In this document: positions 11,668 through 24,521 of the stretch, piece after piece
Numbering within the stretch: position 1 is the stretch's first letter
How the letters are laid out: each line of letters begins with the position of its first letter
NCBI GenBank assembly: GCA_958009085.1
Contig: OY253673.1
Span: forward strand, 744,001-808,000
Length of the DNA stretch: 64,000 bases
Direction of reading: 5' to 3'
Source: Protoeuglena noctilucae
Taxonomy: Eukaryota
Notes under the pieces: model-generated
Told to the model about the DNA's origin: nothing
Seen by the model: only the letters and a program-made list of their open reading frames with translations
The model's database searches: none
Program-made: the position numbers and the translations under genes

Positions 11668-14600
11668 TCACTCCGCCCTCGCCCCCCGCCCCAGCCGGAA
11701 TCGCAGCGGACCCCGCCCCTGGCCCCGGCTGCTCCCCGGCAGGTCCCTCAGCCCCCCCAAACGCACATGTTGCATGTCGGCGGGCAGCGGTGGCAGCGGC
11801 GGGAGCGGCCCTAATGCAGGCGTATTGTTACTGCTCTCCCAGCCAGCCCCGGCAGGCGCTTGCAATAAACCAAAATCCGGCAGCGGCGGGAGCAGGTCGG
11901 GCGGTAAGAGCTGAGTTGCGTCACCCAGGCCGGCCCCATGCAACCCCACCGCTCCCGCCCCCGCCCCCGCCCCTGCTCGCCCCCGCCTGGCCGCCCTGCG
12001 ACCCCACCCTGCACCCCACTCTGCCCCTTCGCCCTCAGCATTCCCCTCGCCATCCCCGCCGCTGTGCCCGGGACCCTCGGTGCCGCGGTGGCTCCTGGTC
12101 GGCGCGTCGTCCTGCAAAGCACGAAGCGAGGTGCGCGACGTGAGAAGCGAAGCACGATGTGCACAAGTATGGCACTTGTGCACACATCGGTGCAACCGCA
12201 CTGCGCACCCTCCTGCCCACAAACACGTCACCACAGCCACCCATGCGGACACCCCACCCACCACCGCTGCACCGCCCACCCAACCCTCACACCACCCCCC
12301 TCGCCCAGCCCCTCACCTCGACGCCCCGCCTCGTCGCCTTCGTCCCCCGCCCCTCCCACTCCTCCTCCGCACCCTCCGATTCTGACGCCACCGCCGCCGC
12401 CAGAGCACGGTTCGCCGCCTCCCCCGCCCTCCTCCTCGGCCGCCCATTCCCACCCACACCCCCACCCATCCCATTCATCCACCTCATCCCCATTCCCACC
12501 CCGCCCCCGTCCCCACCCATGTCATTGCCCAGCCCCCCATCCAACCCCGCCGCTCTCCGCCGGTCCCGACGCCCACCCCCGGCCCCGCCCAGCCCCGCGC
12601 CCGCCACCCTCCCGGGCATGAAGGGTGCGTCCGGCTCCCGCAGCATGTTCTCAGGCGCACTCGCACCCCCGCCCACACCCCCGCCCGCACCCCACGCCCC
12701 GCCAGCCCCCGCGGCACGTGACCGTGTCGCCACCCCCACCCCAGCACCCTGCCCAGCCCCGCCCCTCGCCCCCCGCCCGCCCCGCCTCCGGTCCCTTGCA
12801 CGGCGACTGTTCTTGCGATTTGAGATGTCGGAATCTGACGTTTCAGTGAACGAGTCCTGGCGGCCCCGCTTGCGCCCCGGGCCTCTCTTGCGTTTCGCAT
12901 GATCAGACGATGGCTCGGATGCGCTGCTGCCGTCGTCCATTTCCCCCGCGTCCGGGACGTCGCTGAGATCGGAATCATCCCCCGAGGCATCGCTGCGGGA
13001 GAGGGAGGGGTGCAGGTGTGAGGTGAGGTGGGTGTGGGTGAGGTGGGGTGGGTGCGGGTGAGGTGGGTGCAGGTGGGGTGGGTGCGGGTGAGGTGGGTGC
13101 TGGGTGAGTCGGTGAGCCGGCACAAGCAGCTTAGTAGCCAACGCCCTCTGCATGACCACACGCCCGACGCCCTGCCACCGCCTTTGCATATGAATGACAC
13201 CCAATCGCCTCTGCATTCAAACACAACCCCACGCACCTCTGCCACGCCGCCCCCCTCCTCGCCCTCCCCCGCTGCCGCGCCCCCCTTCCCATGTCGCCCG
13301 GCGGGGCGGGGGGCGGGGTGGGGGCCACCACGGGCGCTGGGCCCGGCAGCTGCCCCGCCTCTGCCTGACGCTGGAGGTCCTGGGGGGGCGTAGAGGGGCG
13401 GTGGAGGGTGTTGAACAGAGGGAAGTGATGGAGAGACGGTAGAGAGCGTTGAGAGGTGTGGTGGGAGCGAGTGTGGATGTGCACGGATCGCTGGGTGAGA
13501 CACATGTTGGCGATGCGCACACACACACACACGCATCGGTCAGACATAGCTCGCCACCTCCCTCACCCGCAACAGTGCTGCCCACCACCTATCTCACCTG
13601 CAGCTCCCCCACATCCACCTCCCTCACCCACCCACCCACAACACCCCACCATCTCCCTCCCTCACCCGCAACTCCCCCACATCCACTTCATCCGCATCTC
13701 ACCTGCAGCTCCCCCACATCCACTCCCCTCCTGGCCCCCGCCTTCAAAAACGTCGCCACCGCCCGCGCCGCCGCCGCCAACTCCGCCCCCCCCCCCGCCA
13801 CTGCCACCAGCGCCACGTTCCCCGCCAGCGTGTCGCAGTCGTGGTCAAACGCCTGTATTTGGCGGTAATACCCCGATTCGATCCGGGACCTGATGTCGAG
13901 CAGGCCGAGGGGCAAAGGGACCGTGCGGTTGTAGTAGCGGCCGCGGGTGGCGTCCCGGCCGGTGGGGAGCCACGTGTCGAAATCGGGGGCGGTTAAGAAA
14001 GCGGAGAGGTGGGCTGCAAGGAGGGAAGGGAAGGGTTGAGGTGAGTGATGGTGGTGGTGAGGGGATAGGTGGACTGGGACTTTGCCATGATGTACAGATC
14101 ATAGTATTGATCATAGTATTACTACCACCAATGCACGCCTGGTCATACAAGTCTCACCCGCGAAGGGGTGCGCGGGGTCCTCGGCCAGCGCAGTGAGCTG
14201 GGAGATGGCCGCCAGGGCCCTTGCAGCTTCGGGCAGACGGGTGCAGGGGTGGGGTGGTGCGGGGGTGGCAGCGATGGTGGTGTTGGCAGTGGTGGCAGGG
14301 GTGGTGGTGTTGGCAGTGGTGGCTTGGTCGGCAGTGGTGGCAGTGGTGGCAGCGGTGGTGTTGCCCGCATCAGTCGCATGGTCGGTTGATGCCAATGATG
14401 CGGGGAAGAGTTCCCAAGGCGAGTGCATCTCCTCCTCCCAATCAGACATGTCCACGGGACTGCGGTGATGATAGAAAGCGGCTTATATTACTGTCAGTGG
14501 GAGATGTGCAGGAGTGGGACTGCGATGGCAAAGATAGAGGACCGAACACGCCCGTGCACACACCGATCATCCACCATAGTGCACCCGCTATCACATCACC

Positions 14601-15470
14601 TCGCTGACGCTATGCACAGCCTCATTCATCCACACCCACATGTTCACCCCCCACCCTCACCTGCCCGATCCCACCCCAGCTGCCCCGCCCTCCCCACCCC
14701 CACCCTTCTCCCCATCTCCCTCCTCTCCCTCTCCCTCTCCCTCTCCCTCTCCCTCTCCCTCTTCCTGCGTTACACCCTCCCCTGACTCAGGGAAGTACCG
14801 CACGCGGCAGGTGTCCCACAGGTTGGCCCCCGGGTCCCCCAGCCCTGACGTTTCGGCCTCCGCCAGAACGCCCGTGTACAGGCGACCACTGGGGGGGCAG
14901 GGGAGGGCGAGATGCGTGGGTGAGATGCAGTGGTTTGTCATTCACTATAGTTACAAGATATGATATGTGCCAATTGTGAGGGACCTATGCAGGACGTGCG
15001 ATGTGAGAGCGCCGCAGCTGACGTGCTGTGCGCTCCCTGCCACATCGTGCTCCGCTCTCGCCTGACCGGGTCCTCCGGGTCGAATTCCTCGTCGATGGCG
15101 AAGGTGGCCACCCTGGCGCGGCCCACACCATCGCGCATCACAGATACCCCATACTGCGACAGTGGGGGACACGAGTCGTGTGTGAGCAAGGATGGTGACG
15201 TTGCATGCTGCGAGGATAGGGGACACGAGTTATAGGGCATGCTACTATACATACATCTACACACACAAGATGACATTGCATACTGCAGCAGGGACACAGC
15301 GCTACCACTCCCCTCACCACCATCAACACACCCACCTCACCCATCCTCACCCTCACCCCCCAGACCACCCTCACCCCCACCCCCGCCTCCCTCCCCATCA
15401 CCTCGTATCTCTCCACACCCACCCACTCCCTCACCTTGTATCTCCTCACCAGCACCACAACCATCCCACC

Positions 15471-15521
<51 letters not shown>

Positions 15522-18500
15522 CACAACACCCTCCCCACCATCCACCCTCACCTCGTATCTCTCCACCAGCACCACAAACTCCGCGCACCCCCCCAGCAGC
15601 GGGTGCGGCACGGGGCACGTGAACCGCCTCCCCCTCAGTGGGTGCCCCTCCCCACTCAGCTCCAACTCCACCACTGCCACCGTCGTGTCGTCAGCCCCGG
15701 GACCGGACGATTTGATATCGTACCGCATCCCCACCACAGTGCAAAACTCCGTCGCTCGCATGCCGGGGGTTTGTATTTGTGTTGGCGGTGCGGGTGGGCG
15801 GGATGCTGTTGCAAACGCGTTTGCGTCGCCAGTCACATCCCCGCTGAGCCCGGCGGCTGCGTGGGGATGCGCGGAGCGGGACCGCGTGGGGATGCCTTGC
15901 TGTTGTTGTGGTCGGGCGTGGAGGCGGTCGATGGCCGCTTGCACTCTGGCGCGGGTGGGTCTTGCCCCGGGCTGAGTCAGGGCCGAGGGGGGCCAGAAAC
16001 GCTCGGCGCCGGGGATGGGGTCCAGGAGGGGGACGCCCAGCTGCTGCCAGGGCTGCGGGGGGGAGGGGGTGGGTGGGTGAGTAAGTGAGTGGGTGGTTGG
16101 GTGGTGGATGGGGTGAGATATGGCAAGGGCATGCTCAGCTGCTGCCAGGGCTGCGGGGTTATGAATGGGTGGTGGGTGTTGGCTGAATGGACTGTGGATA
16201 AGCCGATTGCAACTCAGTGAACATGTGGATTGGGAATGGACGGTGAATGCATGGATGGGTAACTGACTACCCCCCCCCCCCCCCCAACCCTCACCAGCAG
16301 CGCCTGCGACCCCTCTTTCTTGCAGTGATATGCCAGATGCCCCTGTGCCAGATACACCACCCGGTCGCCCACTTGAGGGACATACACAAAGCGGGGCTGG
16401 CGGAGCACACGCAGCCAGGCGTACTGAAAGAGCTGCCGGGGGCCGCGGCGGGAAGCGGCAGGACCGAAACGGACGCGGCTGCTTGCATTTGCATTCGCAT
16501 TTGCACTTGTACCCACACCCGCACCCGCACCCTCCCCAGCCCCGCCCGCACCAGCGCCCGCTCCCCGCCGCTGCGCACGTCGCTGCCGCTCCCCTCCCGC
16601 CCTCGCTGCCGCCCTCGTCGCCACCCTCTGCCGTGACTGCAACTGTCGCCTTTTACTCCTCCCACCCCTCCGCCCTCTCCCACTCGACTCGCTATCGCTC
16701 CCCTCCATCACACTCGCGTCCTCATCACTGGTACTCGACTCATTTGCATCAGACCCATCCCCAAGCCCCTCATCGCTCTCATCACTCACCACTCGCCGCA
16801 CCCCACGCCCACCCCTCACCCCCACCCCCATCTCCCCACCACCACCATCATCACTGGAGTCTTCCTCATACCCCACCCGCACGCCCCGCCTCTCCCCCCC
16901 ACCCCCGCTACCCACAGCCACCCCATCGCTGCCATCCCCACCCCCACGCCCCCTCAATGCACGCCCACGCCGCTCCGCCCGCCCAGACCGCCCCTCTCCC
17001 CGCCCATCGTCCCCATCTCCTTCATCTTCATGCAAACCCTGTTCATCCGTGTCACTGGTATCGTCCTCCAATGCGTGTGCTTGTGCCCGGGTGCGGGTAC
17101 GGGTGCGTGGTCTGAGTCGTCTCCTGGGCAATGCAGTGGTCGCTGTTGCAGTAGCACCTGCCTCTGCCTCTGCGTCTGTGTCGGTGAGGTGCGGGCGTAA
17201 GCGGGAGGAGCGGCGCACGCCGTCGGCTGCGGGGGCGGTGGGGGCGGTGGGGGTGTGAGGGGCTGGTGGTGATAGGAGGTGGTGGGGTGCAGAGCAAGCG
17301 AGGTGTTGATGTGTGTTACTATACTGTGCAAACCGCGTTGATTGTGCAAATCTCTGCCATCCTTGTCACCCCACCCCGCCCCTCACCTCCCCTCTCCCCC
17401 TCCCCCTCTCCCCGCCCCTCACCTCCCCTCTCCCCCCCTCCCACACCACACCCCACCACACCCCCGCCCCTCACCTCCCCTCTCCCCCTCCATCTCCCCT
17501 CTCCCCATCTGCCGCAGCCGGGCCGACCGACGCTCGCCCTCACGGCCACCGCGGGACGACCTGGGGTGATGGAGCACAATTGGTAATGGTAGATAGTCAG
17601 TTCGCTGTTACAGCATGTCACCATGGAATCATCTCGTCATCGCACCCACCCACTAGGGCTCGCGACACCATCACTCCAAGCCAGTTCACCCTCACTCACC
17701 CTCACTAACCACCCTCACCCACCCAACCCCACCCTCCCACCCTTCTCACCTCCCACCCCCACCCCCACCCTCACCCATCCCTCACCTCCCACTCCCCACC
17801 CCTCACCCTCACCCTCACCCAATCCCCTCACCTCCCCACCCACCCCACCATCTCACCCCACCCCACCCCTCACCTCCCACCCCCGCCCCCCTCATCCGTC
17901 TCGTCACTCCCCCACGCCCCCTCCCCATCCTCATCCTCATCTGCGGCATCCATCTCAGCCTCAGAAACCACGAAATCCTCATCCATTACATCCGCCAAAT
18001 CCAACTCCACATCCCCATCCACCCCACCCTCCCCATCCCCCTCCCCCGCACCCATTGCCGCCCCCCCCGCCCCGCCCGACCCTGACTCAGCCCTCTCGCT
18101 GTCTGTCAGAACCACCAAATCGTCGAATGGCAGCGGCAGCACAGCCCCGGCCGGCGCCCCGGCCTGCCCCCCACCCCCCACACCCACCCATGCATCGTCA
18201 CCATCATCGCCCATACCCATAGTAGTACCATTGGTGTTGATACCCATACCCATAGTACCCATCGTACCCATACCAACCCCATCCCACCCCGCACCCCCCC
18301 TGGCATGTCTCCTGGCTTCTGCCTCCAATCCCATGGCTATGCTGCCCGCCCTCCCCGTCAGCCCCGCCACTCCCCTGGGCATGCGGCCGCGGGGGGGCAG
18401 CATACCATTCACCTGTGAAAGGGGTGGGGGTGTTATGATGAAATTTCACATGTAGTTGTTTGTATGTAGTGCAGATGCATGAGAAAGGGCAGCTTCCCAT

Positions 18501-21500
18501 TGACCCACACTGCTAACCCCCACACACACACCTACCCTATCCCCCCACACACCCCCCCCTCTCTCTCTCACCAACACTGCCCCCAGCCCCGTGCACTCTC
18601 TGTCCCTCACCATCAACACTGCCCCATCCCCATACATGCACGCCCCCTCACACTCCCTCTCACCGACACCGCCCCCACAGATCCACACAACCCCACACCC
18701 CCACCCCCACCCACCCCCACTCACCGACACCGCCCCCAGCCCCGTCCCCCGGTGCTCGGCCCTCAGCTGCCCCGCCCGCCACTGGTTGTACCGATCAAAC
18801 ACGGCATTCACCGCCCTCTGCACGGCACGGTCGTCGCCCCCCATCTCTGCGGTGATGAAGCAGGCAGCGGCGACCACCGCGGGGGCCTGGGGGGGGGGGT
18901 GAAGGGTGAGGGTTAACTGTTGGTAAGTCAACTGAGTGAGGTAAATGGGTGGGGTGAGTGGGGTGGGATGAGTGGGTTGAGCGGGGTGAGTGGCAGTGGG
19001 TTGAGAGAGGCGAGTGGTGAAGGTTTGGCCGTCTCTCAGCCAGACATCCAGCCCTGTCTCGCGCAGTCTCCCACACACAATCACTTCTTCTGTAATCAAT
19101 CGATGCTTCGCCAATCACAGCTTCTCACCATGTTAATGACGGATGGCACGGGTGGCATGGGCTGGCCGGGAGGGGGGCGCTCGTGGGCACTGGGGGGGGG
19201 GCAGAGAGAGGGAGATGACTGACAAAAGCAGTACTGTACATGTTGCGTGACGCACAGCACGTTGATCGGTGCACGACTCGTCGTTTGCTGCAGCATGTCG
19301 CATGCCACACATATCAACGTGAGGACCTCAACCTCTTTGACAGCTACCCACCCCCAGCCCCTTCACCCCAACCCCTCTCCCACACCCACCCTGTCACACC
19401 ACCCCTCTCCCTCACTACCACCCACCACACCCCCACCCACCACAACCAACCACCCCTTCTCCACCCCCACCCCCCTCACCCCAGCAAGGCCTGCAGTCTC
19501 CTCTGCCCGAATGCCCTCTGGTACGAGTCAGGGTAGGTCTCCCCCATCACATCCGTGAGGCTCTCGCAGCCCACGCGGCTCTGCAGGGGAGGGGAAGGGT
19601 GGGTGGTGAGGGTTGCTGATCGGTGAGCGATGATGAGGGGTGGGGTGGTGGGTGTGGGTGTGGGTGAGGGGCCCTCACAACACGCGGCTCTGCAAGAGTG
19701 GTGATGTCATCTTCATATTGTTGTTAACCCAATCACTCAGTGACCCCAATCCACCACCCAACCACCCCCACCCCCTCACCCTCGGCGGCTGCAGCGAGGC
19801 CGCGTCCACCACCGCCCCATCCACCTCCTCAACCACCACCTCACTCAGTGCTATAATCACCCCAATCACACACCGCAATCACACACCGCAATCACCCAAC
19901 ACCCCACCCATACTCCCTCACCCTCGGCGGCTGCAGCGTGGCCGCGTCCACCACCGCCCCATCCGCCTCGACCACCAGACCGTCGTAGTCAGATCGGTAG
20001 AACTGGTCGTAGTGAGCGAGGGCCATGATGGATGCGGGTCCCTGACCGTACAGCAGCAGCTGCCCGGCCCCGTCTGCCAGGGCCAGGCGAGCGCCCGAGG
20101 GGGCAAAGCGGCCGTCCAGGATTTGAATCGCGTCGCAGCCGCCGCCTGGGGAGACGTGGTAATATGTGGTGTGGTTTGTCAAGATGCGATCAAGGTATTA
20201 CTAAGAGATGGAGACAGGTACAAGCAAGACCATGACTCGCATGGCGTCGCAGCTGCCGCCTGGCTGCGCCATACTCGCAACTACCCCATCCACTCCCCCC
20301 CACCTGGCTGGCTGTGCAGTGTGTCGATGACCCATACACACACTCCCATCCCCACTCTCATTCACCTGGCTGGCTGTGCAGGGTGTCGATGACCCTCAGC
20401 CTCTTGCCCCGCGCCACGTCCCAAAACACCACGAAGCCATCGTAGCCGGACGTCACCGCAACGCGAGGGTCTGCGGTAAATGGAGATGGGTGAATGGATA
20501 TGGGTGCATATATATGAGTACGAGTGTGTATGTATGGGTGCGTGTGCTTGCTCGTCATCGCACACACCCACACACCAACACACACACCCACACCCTCACC
20601 TGTCGGGTGCTGCTGCAGCACTTGCACACTTCCACACACACACCCATACACACACCCACACCCACACCCTCACCTGTCGGGTGCAGCTGCAGCACTTGCA
20701 CGCTGTGCTCGTGCCCCCTCATCGCGTGCCTCTGCGCGCCCGTCTCGCTGTCAATCACCCGCACCGTGTAATCCGACAGCGTCAGCACCAGGTGCCGCCC
20801 GTCCGCCGTCAGCTCCATGTGAGTGACCAGGAGGTGGGGGGCGATGGGCTTGCGTCTCGCTTTCTGCGGGAAGGGACACGAGGGGTGGTGAGACTCGTGA
20901 TACTCGTGATGTGCGATGATGTATATGACTATATGGTATTTGAGTAACCCTGTCATCTCTACTTGCCGCGCCACCCACCTCCGCGCCACCCCTCTCACCT
21001 GCCACGCCACCCACTCCTCGTCGTGACTCAGCCCCGCCGCCATGCGCCGCGTCCACGACACCGCCCCCTCCCCCGCCCCCACCTCCCCGCGCAACCGCCA
21101 CCCCACCACCTGCCCATCCCTGCCCGCCGTCCACAGGTCATGACCGTCCCGAGAGAACACCAAATGCAGAGCCGGGCCGTCGTGGGCCCGCAGAGCGTCG
21201 CAGGGGATGGGGCGCGGCCACTCGCTGAGACGGCTCGTCACTTGTGCCGCACCCGCACTCGCACCCGCGCTCGCCACCCCGCGCGCAGCGCTGCCCCGGG
21301 CGCCACCCCGCGCCCTGACGCGCGGCTGCCGGCCGCGGCCCGACTGCCCTTCTCCACCGCGCGCCTCCTCCCCAGCACCACTGAGGTTGTGTATGGGCCT
21401 CAATGCAGACACCCCGTCATGCGTGTGTGTGGCGGCCCCACCACTGCTGCTGCCTTCCGCACCCCACGGCGCGTCCCTCTCTGTGCCTCTATTGCCCGCA

Positions 21501-23825
21501 CTGCCACCCGCATTGCCACCCGCACCGCCACCCGCACCACCACCCGCACCGCCACCCTCGCCAGCCCCGGGCGCACCCACCATCGCCCCCAGCCTCGTCA
21601 CCTCTGCCTCCCCCTCCCACAGCCACACGCACACCAGGCCCGTGGCAAACCCTGCCGCAATGAACCTCCCGCACGGGCTCACGCACAGACCCATGCACTC
21701 ATTGCGACCGGAGCCATCTGCCGCACCCGCACCCGCACCCGCACTGCCACTCACACCCGCACCCGTACCCCCTCGGCCCTGCCTGCTGGCGTCCGCCCCA
21801 GACCCACCACCACCCGCAGTGCCACCTGCACCGCCACCCGTACCACCCGCACCACTTATGTCCCCGAATGGCCGGAGTTCGATGCAGCCGTTGGCCTTGT
21901 CCAGAGCGTCCCACAGCCGCACGGTCCCATCGGCACCGGCGCTCACCTGCGACCCAAGGGCATCAATGGGCAGTGATGGGCATTGCTAGGCGTTACATGG
22001 CATCGATGGGGAATGATGCGCATTGACGGGGCATTGTTCATGGGCACTGCTGAGCGTCATCGCAGGGCATTGGCAGCTGAGGGCATTTGTAGCTGAGCAT
22101 TCCTTAGCACCCGTTGGCATCGCTGGGCACTGCTGAGCGTGCCCGCTACCGCAAATGCTGGGGCACGGCGCAGGGGTCACTCACGAGCACTCTGGGCACG
22201 TGGGGATGGAACGCCAGGTAGTTGACGGAACCCTCGTGTCCCTGCAGCAGGCCACGCAGCTCGCCCTCCCGGCCAGGCGAGAGGTCCCACAGCGCTGGGG
22301 GTGAGGAGGGCATGGGAGGGCATGGATGAGATTAAGCACACGCGTGCTGTAGTGTCAAGAAGGACAACACAGTCACGCAGAGCGACACTGTTGGCCCCCC
22401 ACCAATCACTTGTGCAGTCAGTCACCCCACCGCACCCCCCCTCACCGATCCTCGAGTCGACCAACGCCGATGCCACCCCAGCACACCCCCCACCACATCC
22501 CTCCTTAAACAACATCCCACTTCATTGCATCTACCCTACCCCACCCCACCGCAACCCCCCCTCACCAATCCGCGAGTCAACGGACGCCGATGCCACCCGC
22601 CGCCCGCACGGCGACACCTGCAGGTCATTGACCTCCGCCGTGTGGCCCCTCCCCGTGGCGATGAGGCACCCGGTGATGGCGGACCAGAACTTGACCAGAC
22701 CGTCGTCCGCGCCCGTCATGACCACGGATTCGTCCCTCGACCACGCCACGCAGTAACTCGCCACGCTGCGAGCGGTGCAGTGTGGGCTCGGATTAAGTCG
22801 CAAAGGCACTTAACTGGGAAATGCTTAGATTACGGGGTCACACGATCACCACCCGCCCATGCACCCGCATGCACACACCTGTGCCCCCGGAAGGTCCGGT
22901 GGTGCCGCAGGCTGCCGACGTAGGCCTCCGGCGACAGCATCCAGTGCTGCTGCGGGCGGCGGGGCGCGCGCCCGACCTCGCGCCCCGCTGCCTTGCGGTA
23001 GGTCGACCCCCGGGTGTAGGGGTGGCGCCGGTGGGGCGGCATCCCCGCCGTCACCGACGCCGCGCCTCCGGCATCTGCGAGCGCACGCAGCGAGATGATG
23101 TAAAAATAGAGATATCGCCGGGCGCGTCAGGGTGCAGCGGGCCGCGCAGTGCGCGTCAGACTCACCGGCGTCGAGAACGGAGAAGGGCGGGGGGCACAGC
23201 GGCGAGCAAAGGGACGCGCGGCCCGGGAGCCTGGTGCCCGGACCCGCGGCCTGCCACGTGCGGAGGAGGGCCGAGATGGCGTCGGGGAGAAACGCGCCGG
23301 GCCGAGTCAGCGTGCGGGCCACGTCAGACGGGTCCTGCTGGTGAAGCGCCCCGGACAGGCCCATGCGCAGCGGCAGGCGTTTCGCGCCGAGAGTTTCGCG
23401 CTCGAAGACCTGCGCGGGCGAGCCGAGGGCGCGGCGTTGAGGAAGGCGCGGCGGGGCACAGCGCAGCACGTCGGGTGCTGCAGGATGCGCGGACCCACCT
23501 CGGCGGTCTCAGAGTGGCCGGCCCCTTGCAAGTAAAGCAACACGAGCATGTTGAGATCGCGCTCGTCGATTTGCAGGGCCCGGGCGCCCGGACCGGCGCC
23601 ACCGGGGCCTGTGGCAAGGTTGGGATGCTGCGCCGGGCCCGAAGCGATGGCACGCGGAGACGGCGCCACCCCCCGACCATCGCCACCCAGTGCTTCTGCT
23701 TTGTCACCCGCCCCGCATCTGGCCACCTCCCGCGCGTCGTGGGCGCTGCCCGGCGTCGCATGGCCAGCCAATCCCACACCAGACGGGCCCCCTGCGTCGC
23801 CATTCCCGGTCGCGCTGCGCGACAT
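11668..23825 (-). CDS. WD40-repeat and bromodomain protein, PHIP/BRWD family (many exons)
   Basis: N-terminal LisH-like segment (ERDLNMLVLLYLQGAGHSETAE). WD40 repeats (FRGHR..YCVAWSRDESVVMTGADDGLVKFWS; VSAGADGTVRLWD; TSGYDGFVVFWDV). Family motifs YDQFYRSDY and YVPQVGDRVVYLAQGH, and bromodomain PLGLLDIRSRIESGYYRQ. The 3' end is uncertain. Confidence 0.88.
15471..15521. repeat. Intronic (CACCCT)n microsatellite, i.e. (GGTGAG)n on the sense strand
   Basis: About 8 perfect hexamer units next to a BRWD donor site. Confidence 0.9.
21957..22165. repeat. Degenerate intronic minisatellite rich in GGGCAT/GGGCAC
   Basis: Recurrent gggcat/gggcac at roughly 10-20 bp spacing. gggcactgctgagcgt occurs twice. 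Confidence 0.6.
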
Positions 23826-24521
23826 CACGGCCACACGCGGATCGCTGATGGACCCGCGTCCTCGCGCGCTGCTCTGGGAGCTGAACACCGCTTCCTGCGA
23901 CGAAGGGAGATGAACATGCTCGTTCCCGGCATCGCTTGCGCCGGAGCCGAGAGAGCAACGCATAGAGTCCGATGGGACGGCGCGCGCAGCAGCGGCCGCG
24001 TCCCCCGCGCCTCAGTCCGTGGGATCCGGCACGCGCTGCAGGCCGTGCCGCCCCGCCACCCCCTCCCGCCCGCCCGCCCGCCGAGCGCGCGCCCGCGTTG
24101 GGGAGGTCCCTCCCCGCGTCTCGCCACCTGAAATATCGCGCTGCTCCGGGACGGGTCCGGCGGGAGGCCTGGGAGGCCTAGAGGCCGGCCCAACCCTGCC
24201 TTCCTCCTTGGGCCCCGTCTGCCCAGCCGAGGCTGGTGGGCACGGGGAGAGCCGGGCTGCGAGGGCCCGCGAGTCCCTTGCTCTGACCACCCGTCCCTCG
24301 AAACGCAAGTTCTTTTCTTCCGCGCAAGATACAAGCAACCGACGCGCTGGATTGCGGGCGGGAGAACCGCAGCCGGGGGTCGAGGGGTGCGCTGTGAAAC
24401 CCAATTCTGACTACTCAGGCTTTTCGCGCTCGCCGCCAGGCCAGAGCTCGCAGTTCTCATCTGCATTGTCGCTATCGAATCCGTCAGCTGGCCACCTGCT
24501 CGTCACGTATCGCCGCCGACC

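Noticed and set aside
15471..15521. (CACCCT)n as an interstitial telomeric repeat
   Set aside because: The unit differs from TTTAGGG/TTAGGG-type repeats and is better explained as donor-site slippage.
11938..18412. Pro/His-rich ORFs as extensin-like cell-wall proteins
   Set aside because: They are translations of C-rich intron sequence or antisense frames of the BRWD gene.
11340..22600. Introner-like or MITE family explaining the odd introns
   Set aside because: The introns do not share sequence with one another beyond low complexity. No terminal inverted repeats or target-site duplications were seen, and each echo matches only its own exon.
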